The notes: generated by a model not told the origin, from the letters alone. DNA of 64,000 nt from Acidimicrobiia bacterium (GCA_022827725.1 JAJEIJ010000028.1:8795-72794), one strand, 5' to 3'; counted from the stretch's first letter, positions 1-10,102 are shown. Numbers and translations are program-made.

Positions 1-320
1 CCCGGTTCGCCCCGGTGGAGTTCGACCCCGACATGATCGACCGGGTGGAGAAGGCCGCCGCCGAGCTGGGCTTCAGCCACCGCCGGCTGTGCTCGGGGGC
101 GGGCCACGATGCCCAGATGTTCGCCCCGGTGTGCCCCACCTCGATGGTGTTCGTGCCCTCTTGGGAGGGCATCAGCCACAACCCGTTCGAGCACACCGAG
201 CCCGAGCACCTGGAAGCGGGGGCCAACGTGCTTTTGCGGGTGATGCTGGAGCTGGCCGAGATCGCCGAGGCCTCCGAAGTGCAGGCCACCGCTGAAAAAA
301 CCGCCGGGGCGACGGCATGA
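1..320 (+). CDS. M20-family amidase of the hydantoinase/carbamoylase type (N-carbamoyl-L-amino-acid hydrolase / allantoate amidohydrolase-like). C-terminal fragment; the 5' end is outside the window.
   Basis: The frame is open from the window edge. The tail SGAGHDAQMFAPVCPTSMVFVPSWEGISHNPFEHTEPEHLEAGANVLL matches the conserved C-terminal region of this amidase family. The stop at 318-320 overlaps the next start (ATGA). Confidence 0.75.
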   Translation, partial: RFAPVEFDPDMIDRVEKAAAELGFSHRRLCSGAGHDAQMFAPVCPTSMVFVPSWEGISHNPFEHTEPEHLEAGANVLLRVMLELAEIAEASEVQATAEKTAGATA

Positions 321-1378
321 GCGCCCGCGACGACAAGACGCTCACCACCCACCTGGAGGCCGACCCCGCCGACGAGCGGGTGTCGCGCCTGAGTAGCAAC
401 CTGCGCGAGATCACCGTGGGCGCGGCCCAGCTCGGCCCCATCGCCCGCGACGAGACCCGGGCCGAGGTGGTGGAGCGGCTGCTGGCGCTTCTGCACGAGG
501 GCCACAAACAGGGCTGCGAGCTGGTGGTGTACCCCGAGCTGGCGCTGACCACGTTCTTCCCCCGGTGGTGGATCGACGACGTCGACGAGCTGAACAGCTT
601 CTACGAGACCGAGATGCCCTCGCCGGAGGTCAAGCCGCTGTTCGACGAGGCGGCCAGCCTGGGCATCGGCTTCTGTCTGGGCTATGCCGAGCTCACCCCC
701 GACGGCCACCGCTACAACACCTATCTGCTGGTGGACGGCGAGGGCCAAGAGGTGGCCAAGTTCCGCAAGGTACACATCCCCGGCCACGAGAAATACGAGC
801 CCCAGCGCCCGTTCCAGCACCTGGAGCGGGCCTACTTCGAGCCCGCCGAGGAGACCTTCCGCACCTGGACGGCGTTTAGGGGCGAGATCGGCCTGGCCCT
901 GTGCAACGACCGGCGCTGGCCCGAGACCTACCGGGTGATGGGGCTGGCCGACGTGGAGATGATCCTGATCGGCTATAACACTCCTATCCACTACTACCCC
1001 GATCCGTCGCAGGACTTCCTGGCCGGATTCCACAGCCGCCTGGTGATGCAGGCCGGCGCCTACCAGAACGGCACGTTCGTGGTGGGCGTGGCTAAGGGAG
1101 GCGAGGAGGAGGGGGTGGAGAGCCTGGCCGAGAGCTGCATCATCGGCCCCTCCGGCGAGGTGCTGGCCCAGGCGGCCACCGACGGCGACGAGCTGGTGTC
1201 CGCCACCTGCAACCTCAACTGGTGCGCGGCCTACAAGAACACGCTGTACGACTTCAGCCGCTACCGCCGCCCGGAGATGTACAAGTCGATATCCGAGGAG
1301 ATGCCGGTCATTTTTGAGAAGCCATACGTAGAGGGGGCGCCGATCATCGGCGAGGCGTCCCCGACCCTGGGGGGTTAG
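317..1378 (+). CDS. N-carbamoyl-D-amino-acid hydrolase-like enzyme (D-carbamoylase; C-N hydrolase/nitrilase superfamily)
   Basis: 353-aa ORF. It resembles Agrobacterium-type D-carbamoylase, as I recall that sequence, over almost its full length (GPIARDETRAEVVERLL, ELVVYPELALTTFFPRWW, FRKVHIPGH, PFQHLERAYFEP, ALCNDRRWPETYRVMGL). The Glu/Lys/Cys triad motifs are present. The start is ATGA-coupled to the upstream gene. Confidence 0.85.
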   Translation: MSARDDKTLTTHLEADPADERVSRLSSNLREITVGAAQLGPIARDETRAEVVERLLALLHEGHKQGCELVVYPELALTTFFPRWWIDDVDELNSFYETEMPSPEVKPLFDEAASLGIGFCLGYAELTPDGHRYNTYLLVDGEGQEVAKFRKVHIPGHEKYEPQRPFQHLERAYFEPAEETFRTWTAFRGEIGLALCNDRRWPETYRVMGLADVEMILIGYNTPIHYYPDPSQDFLAGFHSRLVMQAGAYQNGTFVVGVAKGGEEEGVESLAESCIIGPSGEVLAQAATDGDELVSATCNLNWCAAYKNTLYDFSRYRRPEMYKSISEEMPVIFEKPYVEGAPIIGEASPTLGG

Positions 1379-1380
1379 CC

Positions 1381-3936
1381 ATGACAACGCTCACCATCAA
1401 CGGTCAATCGGTGACCATCACCGGCGATCACGAGCACCTGCTGGCCGCACTGCGCGACGAGCTGGGCATCATGTCGCCCAAAGACGGATGCTCGCCCAGC
1501 GGCCAGTGCGGCTGCTGCGCCGTGCTGGTGGACGGGCGCGCCCGCGTGGCCTGCCAGACGTCGCTGGAGCGCTCGGCCGGCTGCGAGGTGCTGACCCTGG
1601 AAGGGGTGTCGGACGAGGAGCGCAACCGCATGGCCGACGTGTTCGCCGCCTGCGGGGCGCTTCAGTGCGGGTTCTGCACGCCGGGCATTCTCATTCGGAC
1701 GAAATCGCTGGTGGACCGCAAGGGCTCGGAGCTGACCCGCGAGGAGGCCTCCCGGCACTTGGGCGGCCACCTGTGCCGGTGCACCGGCTACACCAAGATC
1801 CTGGATGCGGTGGAGGCGCTGGCCCAAGGCGAGATGCCCGAAGCCGAGGTGCCCGGCGGCGTGGGCAGCCGGGGCATCAAGTACGAGGCCCGGGAACTGG
1901 CCCTGGGCGACCGCGACTACATCGACGACCTGCGCCCCGAGGGGCTGCTGCACGCCGCGCTGCACCTGTCGGAGCACGCCCGGGCCGACATCGTGCGTAT
2001 CGACACCGCTGCGGCCGAGGCCATCGACGGCGTGGCAGCGGTGTTCACCGGCGCCGATGTGCCCGGCGAGATGCGGGTGGGGATCATCCACACCGACTGG
2101 CCGGTGTTCATCCCCGAGGGGGGCCGCACCTCCTATGTGGGCGACGTGCTGGCCATCGTGGTGGCCGACACCCGGGCCACCGCCCGCCGAGCGGCCGAGG
2201 CCATACAGGTGACCTATGAGGTACACACCCCGATCATCGACCCGGTGGCCGCGGTGACCAACGGCTGCGACGACGCGGTGTGGGAGCTCGACGGCAATGT
2301 GCTGTCACGCTCGGTGTACGCCCGGGGTGACGTGGACGCCGCGTTGGCGGCCAGCGCCCACACCATCCACGAGGTGTTCCAAACCCAGCGCATCGAGCAC
2401 GCCTTCTTGGAGCCCGAGTCCACCCTGGCGGTGCCCACCGACGACGGCGGCCTGCACGTGTACTCCGGCGGCCAGGGGGTGTGGGACGACCGCGACCAGA
2501 TGGCCTCGGTGCTGGGGATCGACCCCCAGAAGATCACCGTGGAGCTGGTGAGCAACGGCGGGGCGTTCGGCGGCAAAGAAGACATGGCCAACCAGGCCCA
2601 GACCGCGCTGGCCGCCTGGCTTCTGGGTCGCCCGGTGCTGTGTACGGTTTCTCGGGAGGAGTCGCTGCGGATGCATCCCAAGCGCCATCCCATCCGCATC
2701 GAGGTGTGGGCCGGCTGCGACGCCGAGGGCAAGCTTACCGCGCTGCGGGCCCGGATGGTGGGCGACTCCGGCCCGTATGCCTCGGTGGGCATGAAGGTGC
2801 TGGAGCGGGCCGCGGGCCACGCCAGCGGCCCCTACACGTTGCCCAACATCGACGTGGAGGCGGTGGCCGCCCGCACCAACAACCCGGTGTGCGGGGCCTT
2901 TAGGGGCTTCGGGGCCAACCAGGCCCAGTTCGCCATGGAGGGCGTGATGGATCGCCTGGCCGAGGCGGTGGGAATCGACGGCTGGGAGATGCGGTCGCGC
3001 AATGCGGTTTCCCCCGGCGCCATCTGGGGGCCGGGCCAGATCATGGACGACGGCTCTTTGGGGGCCCGCGCCTGCCTGGAAGCCGTGAAACCGGCCTGGG
3101 ACGAGGCTCGGGCCGCGGGCAAGTCGGTTGGGCTGGGGCTCGGCCTCAAGAACTCTGGACTGGGCAACGGCTTCAAGGAGATCGCCAAGGCGGTGGTGCG
3201 CTTCGACGACGATTACCACGAGGGCGGCCAGGTGGAGGTGCGCCACTGCTGGACGGAGATGGGCCAGGGCATCCACACCGTGGCCCAGCAGGTGGCGGTG
3301 ACCGAGCTGGGGGTGAGCGCCGATCGGGTGCGGGTGGTGGTGGACACCACTTATGAGCTGGGCGCGGGCCAGACCACCGGCAGCCGGGGCACGCTGATGG
3401 GCGCCGGGTCGGTGGCCGACGCCTGTCAGGCCGCGCTGGCCGACGGGTGCCAGCCCGGCGTGGACTACTTCGGCGAGTACCGGGTGGACTGGACCAACAA
3501 GCTGTCCGACGGCGTGGAGAACCCCATCATCCACTCCACCTTCGGCTACGCCGCCCAGATGGTGGTGCTCGACGACGAGGGCGCGGTGGAGCGGGTGGTG
3601 GCCGCCCACGACGTGGGCAAGGCCGTGAACCCGCTGCTGTGCGAGGGCCAGATCGAGGGGGCCGTGCACATGGGGCTGGGCTATGCCCTCACCGAGGACT
3701 TCCCCGCCGATGAGAACGGCTGGCCCACCAACATGACCCTCAAGTCGCTGGGCATCCTGCGGCCCAAGGACATGCCCCCGGTGGACGTGATCCTGGTGGA
3801 GTCACCCCAGCCCGGCGCCCCCTACGGCATCAAAGGCGTGGGGGAGATCGGCCTGGTGCCCACCGCCGGGGCGGTGGCCGCTGCGCTGCGGGCCCACAGC
3901 GGAACGTGGCACAGCAGCCTTCCCATGGGGGAGTGA
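1381..3936 (+). CDS. Molybdenum hydroxylase of the xanthine dehydrogenase/aldehyde oxidase family, with a fused N-terminal double [2Fe-2S] domain and no FAD domain (Mop/XdhD-like architecture)
   Basis: 851-aa ORF. N-terminal Cys motifs (CSPSGQCGCCAV..C and CGFCTPG..CRCTGY) are followed by hammerhead and molybdopterin-binding regions (QRIEHAFLEPES, GGAFGGKE, FRGFGANQ, GIKGVGEIG). It starts 3 nt after the upstream stop. Confidence 0.85.
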   Translation: MTTLTINGQSVTITGDHEHLLAALRDELGIMSPKDGCSPSGQCGCCAVLVDGRARVACQTSLERSAGCEVLTLEGVSDEERNRMADVFAACGALQCGFCTPGILIRTKSLVDRKGSELTREEASRHLGGHLCRCTGYTKILDAVEALAQGEMPEAEVPGGVGSRGIKYEARELALGDRDYIDDLRPEGLLHAALHLSEHARADIVRIDTAAAEAIDGVAAVFTGADVPGEMRVGIIHTDWPVFIPEGGRTSYVGDVLAIVVADTRATARRAAEAIQVTYEVHTPIIDPVAAVTNGCDDAVWELDGNVLSRSVYARGDVDAALAASAHTIHEVFQTQRIEHAFLEPESTLAVPTDDGGLHVYSGGQGVWDDRDQMASVLGIDPQKITVELVSNGGAFGGKEDMANQAQTALAAWLLGRPVLCTVSREESLRMHPKRHPIRIEVWAGCDAEGKLTALRARMVGDSGPYASVGMKVLERAAGHASGPYTLPNIDVEAVAARTNNPVCGAFRGFGANQAQFAMEGVMDRLAEAVGIDGWEMRSRNAVSPGAIWGPGQIMDDGSLGARACLEAVKPAWDEARAAGKSVGLGLGLKNSGLGNGFKEIAKAVVRFDDDYHEGGQVEVRHCWTEMGQGIHTVAQQVAVTELGVSADRVRVVVDTTYELGAGQTTGSRGTLMGAGSVADACQAALADGCQPGVDYFGEYRVDWTNKLSDGVENPIIHSTFGYAAQMVVLDDEGAVERVVAAHDVGKAVNPLLCEGQIEGAVHMGLGYALTEDFPADENGWPTNMTLKSLGILRPKDMPPVDVILVESPQPGAPYGIKGVGEIGLVPTAGAVAAALRAHSGTWHSSLPMGE

Positions 3937-4982
3937 GGCACTCCTTGCCCGGCACGACGCCCGGGCTGGTCTGTGCCCACCATCACCTTTATTCCGCGCT
4001 GGCCCGGGGGATGCCGGCCCCGCCCCGCACGCCCGCCGGATTCACCGACATCTTGGAGCTGATCTGGTGGCGGCTCGACCGGGCGCTCGACCTGAACATC
4101 ATCGAGTGGTCGGCCAAGTTGGGGGCGCTGGAGGCGCTGGAGGCGGGCTGCACCGCCATGGTCGACCACCACGAGTCGCCCAACGCCATCGAGGGATCGC
4201 TTCAGGTGATCGCCGATGCCTGCGCCGAGGTGGGGGTGCGGATCAGCTGCGCCTACGGGGTGACCGACCGCCACGGCGCCGACGGCGCTCGGCGGGGCCT
4301 GGCCGAGAACGAGCAGTTCCTGCGGGCCGGGGGCCGGGGCATGGTCGGGGTCCACGCCGCCTTCACCTGCACCGACGACACGCTGGAAGCCGCCGCCGGC
4401 CTGGCTGCCGATTTGGGCACCGGGGTTCACATCCACGTGGCTGAGGGCCCGGTGGACGCCCCGGCCGCCGAGCGGCTGGAGCGGTGGAGCACCGACGAGT
4501 GGCTGTTGATCCACGGGGTGCATCTGCCCGACGGCCACGAGCTCAAAGGCACCCTGGTACACAATCCCCGGTCCAACATGAACAACGCGGTGGGCTACGC
4601 CCGGCCGATCCGGTTCGACAACCCGGTGGCGCTGGGCACCGACGGCATCGGGGCCGACATGCTCGAGGAGTTCCGGGTGGCCTACGCCCGCCACCGGGAA
4701 AACGACGTGACCGCCACCCCCGACACCGCGTGGGAGTGGCTGGCCCACGGCTGGGAGCTGTTCCCCGAGGCCCGCTCCGACACCGTCCGCTGGAGCTATG
4801 ACCCCATCGACCCGTGGCGGCTGGCCTTCACCCCCGGCGTGCGGGCTGTCGACGTGGTGGTGGACGGGGAGACGCTGCTGGCCGACGGGGTGGCCACCCG
4901 GGTGGACCCCGACGAGATCCGGGCCAAGGCCGCTGAGGCCGCTGATCGACTGTTCGCCAAATTGGAGGAGATCGACCCATGA
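3906..4982 (+). CDS. ssnA: SsnA-type aminohydrolase (amidohydrolase superfamily), N-terminally short relative to E. coli SsnA
   Basis: Motif-level match to E. coli SsnA as I recall it: [52 protein letters not shown]. The start is uncertain: GTG 3906, or GTG 3933 (GTGA overlap with the upstream stop at 3934-3936). Confidence 0.8.
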   Translation: MAQQPSHGGVRHSLPGTTPGLVCAHHHLYSALARGMPAPPRTPAGFTDILELIWWRLDRALDLNIIEWSAKLGALEALEAGCTAMVDHHESPNAIEGSLQVIADACAEVGVRISCAYGVTDRHGADGARRGLAENEQFLRAGGRGMVGVHAAFTCTDDTLEAAAGLAADLGTGVHIHVAEGPVDAPAAERLERWSTDEWLLIHGVHLPDGHELKGTLVHNPRSNMNNAVGYARPIRFDNPVALGTDGIGADMLEEFRVAYARHRENDVTATPDTAWEWLAHGWELFPEARSDTVRWSYDPIDPWRLAFTPGVRAVDVVVDGETLLADGVATRVDPDEIRAKAAEAADRLFAKLEEIDP

Positions 4983-5980
4983 GCTCATATCCCGTGGCCC
5001 TCTACCTGCAAGACGCCCACTCGGTGTCCGAGGCCATCGAATACGTGCAATACGCCGAGCAGAGGGGGTTCGAGGCCGTGTGGCAGGCCGACTCCCGGCT
5101 GGTGCGGGAGGCCACCGTGCCCATGGCCGCCTTCGCCGCCTCCACCGACCGGATCAAAGTCGGCAGCGGGGTGCTCGACATGTGGACCCGCAACCCGGCC
5201 CGCCTGGCCGCCACGTTCTCCACCCTGGACGACCTGGCGCCGGGGCGCATCCTGTGCGGATTGGGGGCGTGGTGGGATCCGCTGGCCAGCAAGGTGGGGG
5301 TGGACCGCCGCCGCCCGCTGGGGGCCATGCGGGAGGTGGTCACCGTGGTGCGGGCGCTTTTGGCCGACGAGAACGTGACCTTCGACGGCGACTACGTGCA
5401 CCTCGACGGGGTGGAGCTCGACTACGTGCATCAGCCTCGCCGCCCCAAAGACGTGCCCATCTACATCGGGGCCACCGGCATGAAGATGATGGCGCTCACC
5501 GGCGAGATCGCCGACGGCGTGGTGCTCAACTACCTGGTGTCGCCCGACTACAACCGCCGGGCCATGGACGCCCTGGCCGAGGGCGCGGCCCGGGCCGGGC
5601 GAACGGTGGACGACCTCGACCGCCCGCAGTTGGTGGTGTGCTCGCTGGCCGAAGACCGGGGTGAGGCGCTGGACGCCGCCCGGTTGCTGGTGACCCAGTA
5701 TTTGGGCCAGCAGCCCCACATCATGGCCGCCTCCGGGGTGCCCGACTCGCTGCTGGATCAGGTGAACGCCGTGCTCACCTGGCCCGCCACCATGGAGCAG
5801 GTGGAGGCGGCCTCCAAGCTGGTGCCCGACGACATCGTGCAGATGCTGTGTGCGGCGGGCACCGCCGAGGAGTGCCGGGCCAAGGTGGACGAGTACGTGG
5901 CTAACGGGGCAACCTGTCCCATCCTCTACCCCCTGGGTCCCGATGTGCGGGCCATGATTGACGCTTTCTCTCCGGCCTGA
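4979..5980 (+). CDS. Luciferase-like monooxygenase (LLM) class flavin/F420-dependent oxidoreductase
   Basis: 333-aa ORF. The N-terminus is typical of the LLM family ([47 protein letters not shown]), with [23 protein letters not shown] further on. The start overlaps the ssnA-like stop (ATGA). Confidence 0.8.
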   Translation: MSSYPVALYLQDAHSVSEAIEYVQYAEQRGFEAVWQADSRLVREATVPMAAFAASTDRIKVGSGVLDMWTRNPARLAATFSTLDDLAPGRILCGLGAWWDPLASKVGVDRRRPLGAMREVVTVVRALLADENVTFDGDYVHLDGVELDYVHQPRRPKDVPIYIGATGMKMMALTGEIADGVVLNYLVSPDYNRRAMDALAEGAARAGRTVDDLDRPQLVVCSLAEDRGEALDAARLLVTQYLGQQPHIMAASGVPDSLLDQVNAVLTWPATMEQVEAASKLVPDDIVQMLCAAGTAEECRAKVDEYVANGATCPILYPLGPDVRAMIDAFSPA

Positions 5981-6024
5981 CGGCGCTCCGCCGAGGCCCG
6001 GTCGCTCGGGGTGGACGTAGGATC

Positions 6025-7503
6025 GTGGCCGTGAGCCAAGGGAGCGGGAACCGCGAGGAGTGGAAGCCGTGGCTGGAGGAGCTCGACCGTCGGCGCACTG
6101 AGGGCGCGGCCATGGGCGGCCCCGAGCGGGTGGAGAAGTACATGCACTCCCGGGGCAAACTGGATGTGCGCCAGCGCATCGACCGGCTGTTCGACCCCGG
6201 CACCTTCCGGGAGATCGGCCCCCTGGTGGGCACCCTGGAAGACATCCCCTCCGACGGCTTCGTGTGCGGCTACGGCCGGATCGACGGCCGCACCGTGCTG
6301 GCCGGGGCCGAGGACTTCACCGTGCTGGGCGGCTCCATCGGGGCGGGCAACACCGCCAAGCGCTACCGGGTGGCCGAGCTGGCCGCCCAGGAGGGCCTCC
6401 CGCTGGTCACCATGCTGGAAGGGGCCGGCCACCGGCTCACCGACACCGGGGGCAGCCGCTCGCCCGGCGACCTCCAGGCCTACGCCGACCTGAACGGGCA
6501 GGTCCCCATGGTGTGTTTGGTGATGGGCGCCTCCGCGGGCCACGGCGCGCTGGCCGCCCCCCTCAGCGACTTCGTGATCATGACGTCGTACGCCTCCATG
6601 TTCACCGGGGGCCCGCCGCTGGTGAAGGCGGCCACCGGCGAGGACGTGACCAAAGAGGAGCTGGGCGGCGCCGACGTCTGCACCCGCATCGCCGGCTCGG
6701 CCCACAACGAGGCGCTCGACGACGAGGAAGCCATCGACATGGCCCGGCTCTACTTGTCTTATTTCCCCCAGAGGGCCGGCCAGCCCTCGCCCCGCAGCAG
6801 CGGACCCGACACCGAGCCGCGGGTGGTGGAGGAGCTGCTCGACATCATCCCCCCCAACGACCGGCGCCCCTACGATATGCATCAGGTGATCGACCACATC
6901 GTGGACGACGACAGCTTCTTCGAGATCCAGCCCGCCTACGGCCCGGCCATCATCATCGGATTGGCCCGCTTCGGGGGCCGTTCCACCATGATCGTGGCCA
7001 ACAACCCCGCCTATCTGGCCGGCTCGGTGGACGCCGCCGCGGCCATCAAGGCCACTGACTTTCTAGAGGTGATCGGCAACTACGACCACCCGGTGGTGTT
7101 TTTGGCCGACAACCCTGGGGTGATGGCCGGCACCAAGGCCGAGCGGGAGGGCATCTTGAAGTGGGGCGGCAAGATGTACAAAGCCGAGCGCCGCCTCACC
7201 AACCCCAAGATCGAGATCACCATGCGCAAGGCGTTCGGCTTCGGCTCGGTGGTGATGGCCCAGAACCCCTTCGACAACCAGACCCAGTCGTTCTCCCTGC
7301 CCAGCGTGAACATGGCCGCCATGCCCGCCGATGCCGGCGGCCGCTCAGCCAAGCTCGACGCCGAGACCCAAGCCCAAGTAGAGCGCGAACAGCGCTCCGG
7401 CCCCTACCGCCTCGCCGGTCGCCTCGGCAGCGACGACGTAATCGATCCCCGAGACATGCGCAACGCCATCCTCGGGGCCTTGATGCTGGCGGAAAACCGC
7501 TAG
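6025..7503 (+). CDS. Acyl-CoA carboxylase carboxyltransferase (beta) subunit family protein
   Basis: 492-aa ORF with a GTG start. Carboxyl-transferase N and C halves are recognisable (RGKLDVRQRIDRLFDPGTF, GRIDGRTVLAGAEDFTVLGGSIG, VVFLADNPGVMAGTKAEREGILKWGGKM, YGSDDVIDPRDMR). Confidence 0.8.
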   Translation: MAVSQGSGNREEWKPWLEELDRRRTEGAAMGGPERVEKYMHSRGKLDVRQRIDRLFDPGTFREIGPLVGTLEDIPSDGFVCGYGRIDGRTVLAGAEDFTVLGGSIGAGNTAKRYRVAELAAQEGLPLVTMLEGAGHRLTDTGGSRSPGDLQAYADLNGQVPMVCLVMGASAGHGALAAPLSDFVIMTSYASMFTGGPPLVKAATGEDVTKEELGGADVCTRIAGSAHNEALDDEEAIDMARLYLSYFPQRAGQPSPRSSGPDTEPRVVEELLDIIPPNDRRPYDMHQVIDHIVDDDSFFEIQPAYGPAIIIGLARFGGRSTMIVANNPAYLAGSVDAAAAIKATDFLEVIGNYDHPVVFLADNPGVMAGTKAEREGILKWGGKMYKAERRLTNPKIEITMRKAFGFGSVVMAQNPFDNQTQSFSLPSVNMAAMPADAGGRSAKLDAETQAQVEREQRSGPYRLAGRLGSDDVIDPRDMRNAILGALMLAENR

Positions 7504-7566
7504 GTGGCTCCCCAGCACTCCTGGGACTGCCATCGGAGCGGCATATCCCTCGCTGAAAACCGCTAG
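7492..7566. repeat. 12-nt direct repeat of a gene 3' end (GAAAACCGCTAG) with a 63-nt period
   Basis: Copy 1 (7492-7503) includes the carboxyltransferase stop TAG. Copy 2 is at 7555-7566. The flanks are partly similar (ctggcg / ctcgct). Confidence 0.8.
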
Positions 7567-8865
7567 CTAGTCCCAGAGGCGGCGGGCTCGCTGGGCGAGG
7601 TCGGCGTGGGCGGCGGTTAGGTCGCAGCCCAAGAGATGGCCGTCTTGGACGACGGGGTTACCGGCGACGTAGAGGTGGCGAACCCGGCGGTCGGGGCCGA
7701 GCACCAGCCCAGCCAGGGGATCGACCACATCGGCGATGTCGTCGCCAGGCCACACCGCGAGATCGGCAGTCATGCCGGGTTCAACCTGGCCGAGGCGGTC
7801 GGATACCCCCAAGCAGGCCGCTCCGCCAGAGGTGCCCAGGCGGATGGCGTCGGCGGGCATGAAGGCGCTGGGGTCCATGGCCCGCAGGCGGGCGGCGTAC
7901 AGCGACTGGTGCAGCTCAGGAAACAGACCGCCCACCTCGTTGGAGGCCACGCCGTCTACCCCGAGTCCCACCGGCACACCGGCGGCTTCCAGGTCGGTCA
8001 CTCGGCAGGTGCCGGCGGCCAAACGGGCGTTGGACGACGGGCAGTGGGCCACGCCCACCCCGGCGGCGCCCAGTCGGGCGATCTCCTCGTCGTTGAACCA
8101 GATGCCGTGGGCCAGCCACACGTCGTCGCCCACCCAGCCCCATTCGTCAAGCTGCTCTACCGGCCGGCGACCGAACCGCTCCAGGCAGTGCTCCTGCTCG
8201 TCGATGGTCTCGCAGAGGTGGGTGTGGAGCCGCAGGCCATGCTGTCGGGCCAAGGCAGCCGACCCCTCCATCAGCTCAGAGCTGACCGAGAACGGGCTGC
8301 ACGGCGCCACCACCACATGCACCATGTCGCCGTCGTGATGTTGGGCAAGCACCCGCTCGGTGGAAGCCATGATCGAGTCCAGGTCTTCCACCACGTGGTC
8401 GGGGGGCAACCCGCCCTGGGACTCGCCCAGGTCCATGGAGCCCCGGCTGAGGTGCAAGCGGATGCCCACTGCCGAGGCCGCTTCGACGATGGCGTCGAAC
8501 ACCGCATCGTCGCCGTGGGGCACCAAGTAGTGGTGGTCGGAGGCGGAAGTACATCCGGTGGCGGCCAGCTCGCCCAGCCCGACCAATGCCGCGGCAGCCA
8601 CGTCGTCTACCGACAGCCGCCCCCACACTGGGTACAGCTCCACCAGCCAATCGAACAGATCGCAGCCCACCGCCCGGCCCCGGGTCATCCACTGATAGAG
8701 GTGGTGGTGGGTGTTGGCCAGACCAGCGGTGATGATGTCGCCATCCACATTGACCACGGCATCGCCCGGCTGGGGCTCGACGATTCCCGTATCGACGATG
8801 ACGCCATCAGCGATGGCGATGTCGCCAGGCCAGCGGGCCCCACGAAGCACCGTTCGAGCGCTCAC
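7567..8865 (-). CDS. Amidohydrolase-superfamily deaminase, 8-oxoguanine deaminase / chlorohydrolase-like subgroup
   Basis: 432-aa ORF. It has the metal-ligand motif TAGLANTHHHLYQWMTRG, plus HTHLCET, AHGIWF and GVDGVASN, which are typical of this subgroup. Confidence 0.75.
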   Translation of the reverse strand: MSARTVLRGARWPGDIAIADGVIVDTGIVEPQPGDAVVNVDGDIITAGLANTHHHLYQWMTRGRAVGCDLFDWLVELYPVWGRLSVDDVAAAALVGLGELAATGCTSASDHHYLVPHGDDAVFDAIVEAASAVGIRLHLSRGSMDLGESQGGLPPDHVVEDLDSIMASTERVLAQHHDGDMVHVVVAPCSPFSVSSELMEGSAALARQHGLRLHTHLCETIDEQEHCLERFGRRPVEQLDEWGWVGDDVWLAHGIWFNDEEIARLGAAGVGVAHCPSSNARLAAGTCRVTDLEAAGVPVGLGVDGVASNEVGGLFPELHQSLYAARLRAMDPSAFMPADAIRLGTSGGAACLGVSDRLGQVEPGMTADLAVWPGDDIADVVDPLAGLVLGPDRRVRHLYVAGNPVVQDGHLLGCDLTAAHADLAQRARRLWD

Positions 8866-10102
8866 CGCTGCGCCCCGGTGAACAGCACGGCCGGTTTGGC
8901 GTCGGCCGGAAGATCGTCACAGAGCAGACCGGCCAGTCCGGCCGAACCTGTCGGGCTGACATTGATACCAGTGGCCGATTGACCCGCCTCGCAGGCCTCG
9001 GTGACCACCGGTTCGGGAACCACGACGGGGTGGCCACCGGTGGTAGCCATGGCCTCGGTTACCGCGGCCCAGTCATAAGTTTCATCGTCGAGGATGCCGC
9101 CGGCCGCCGAAGAAGGGGTCGGCGTCCATGGCCACATAACCGCTGAGCGCTGCCGCCGGGCTTCTTCCAGCCCACCCAACTCGGCAGTTCGCTCCCACGC
9201 CCGAGCCAACGGCGCGCACCCCTCGGTCTGCACCGCCACCAGCGCGGCTTGAGAGCCGCCGACGGCCAGTCCCTGGGCCACCGACGTTGCCAGCGCCCCC
9301 CCGCCCACCTGGATATACACCCGGTCGATGTCCGGGGCTTGCTCGGCCAGCTCATAACCCAATGTCCGCCCCCCGTCGATGGTGTAGCCGTTGTCCGGAC
9401 CCTGGCAGCCAAAGGGAACCGCCCCCGCGCTGACCGCCTCCCGAAAGCGGAGGTAGGAGGGGTCGCCCTCCTCGCCATCAATCCGGGGACAGGATTCAAT
9501 TCTCGCCCCCAGCTCTCGCAGTCGAGCCACCACAGCGGGCTCGGCGTCAACAGGCACATAGACAGTGATCGGCCACCGCTCCGCAGCAGCCACCACCGCG
9601 GCGGCCACCGCAGCATTGCCACAAGACGCGATAGCCAACGGGGGCCGTTCCCCAGCACCACCGTCCCGACGCTCCCGCACCAACAAGTGCAACATCAGCC
9701 CAAACGTGTGGCGGGCCTTGTGCGATCCCGACACGTTGTCGGTCTCGTCCTTCACTACAACACGCCGCCTCACGGCGGACCGACTTGGCATCTCAGCGCG
9801 ATTTGGCAGTGCATCAATCGTGTATTGCGCGCAGGGAGTGACCTGGAACCCGTGCTCGTCCACTTCTGCAACCGCTGCGTCGAGTTGCCCCACCCGGTCC
9901 ACGAACCAGCCGTCGTCCTCGGCCTCAACCCAAGACCGCAGCATCCGCCGATAACGCACAAACGGCTGCTCGCTGTCGCCATCCACCGACCAATCCGGCA
10001 TCGGCAGCGCCAGCACATGATCCCGGTCGTCACTACCCCTCTTCGCACAAGCCCACGCATCACTTGCCGCCACCGCCCCACACGAGCAAGTCAGGCCTTG
10101 GA

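Noticed and set aside
2305-3669. Long opposite-strand ORFs throughout the track (for example 2305-3669 minus, 5926-6897 minus, 7636-8982 plus, 11451-12956 minus, 38568-39680 minus, 44337-45623 minus, 49551-51668 plus, 52928-53830 plus, 59378-60688 minus)
   Set aside because: They lie antisense to genes with strong family-level motifs. Their translations are dominated by Arg/Gly/Pro/His/Ala runs typical of out-of-frame high-GC sequence, and they have no recognisable motifs. I treat them as stop-codon-poor artefacts.
7501-7566. Programmed TAG readthrough or pyrrolysine-type recoding to explain the open 21-codon frame after the carboxyltransferase stop
   Set aside because: No pyl genes or PYLIS-like context are visible. 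The analogous folE case contains an in-frame TGA, so a duplication or insertion origin is more economical. The observation is kept only as a repeat.
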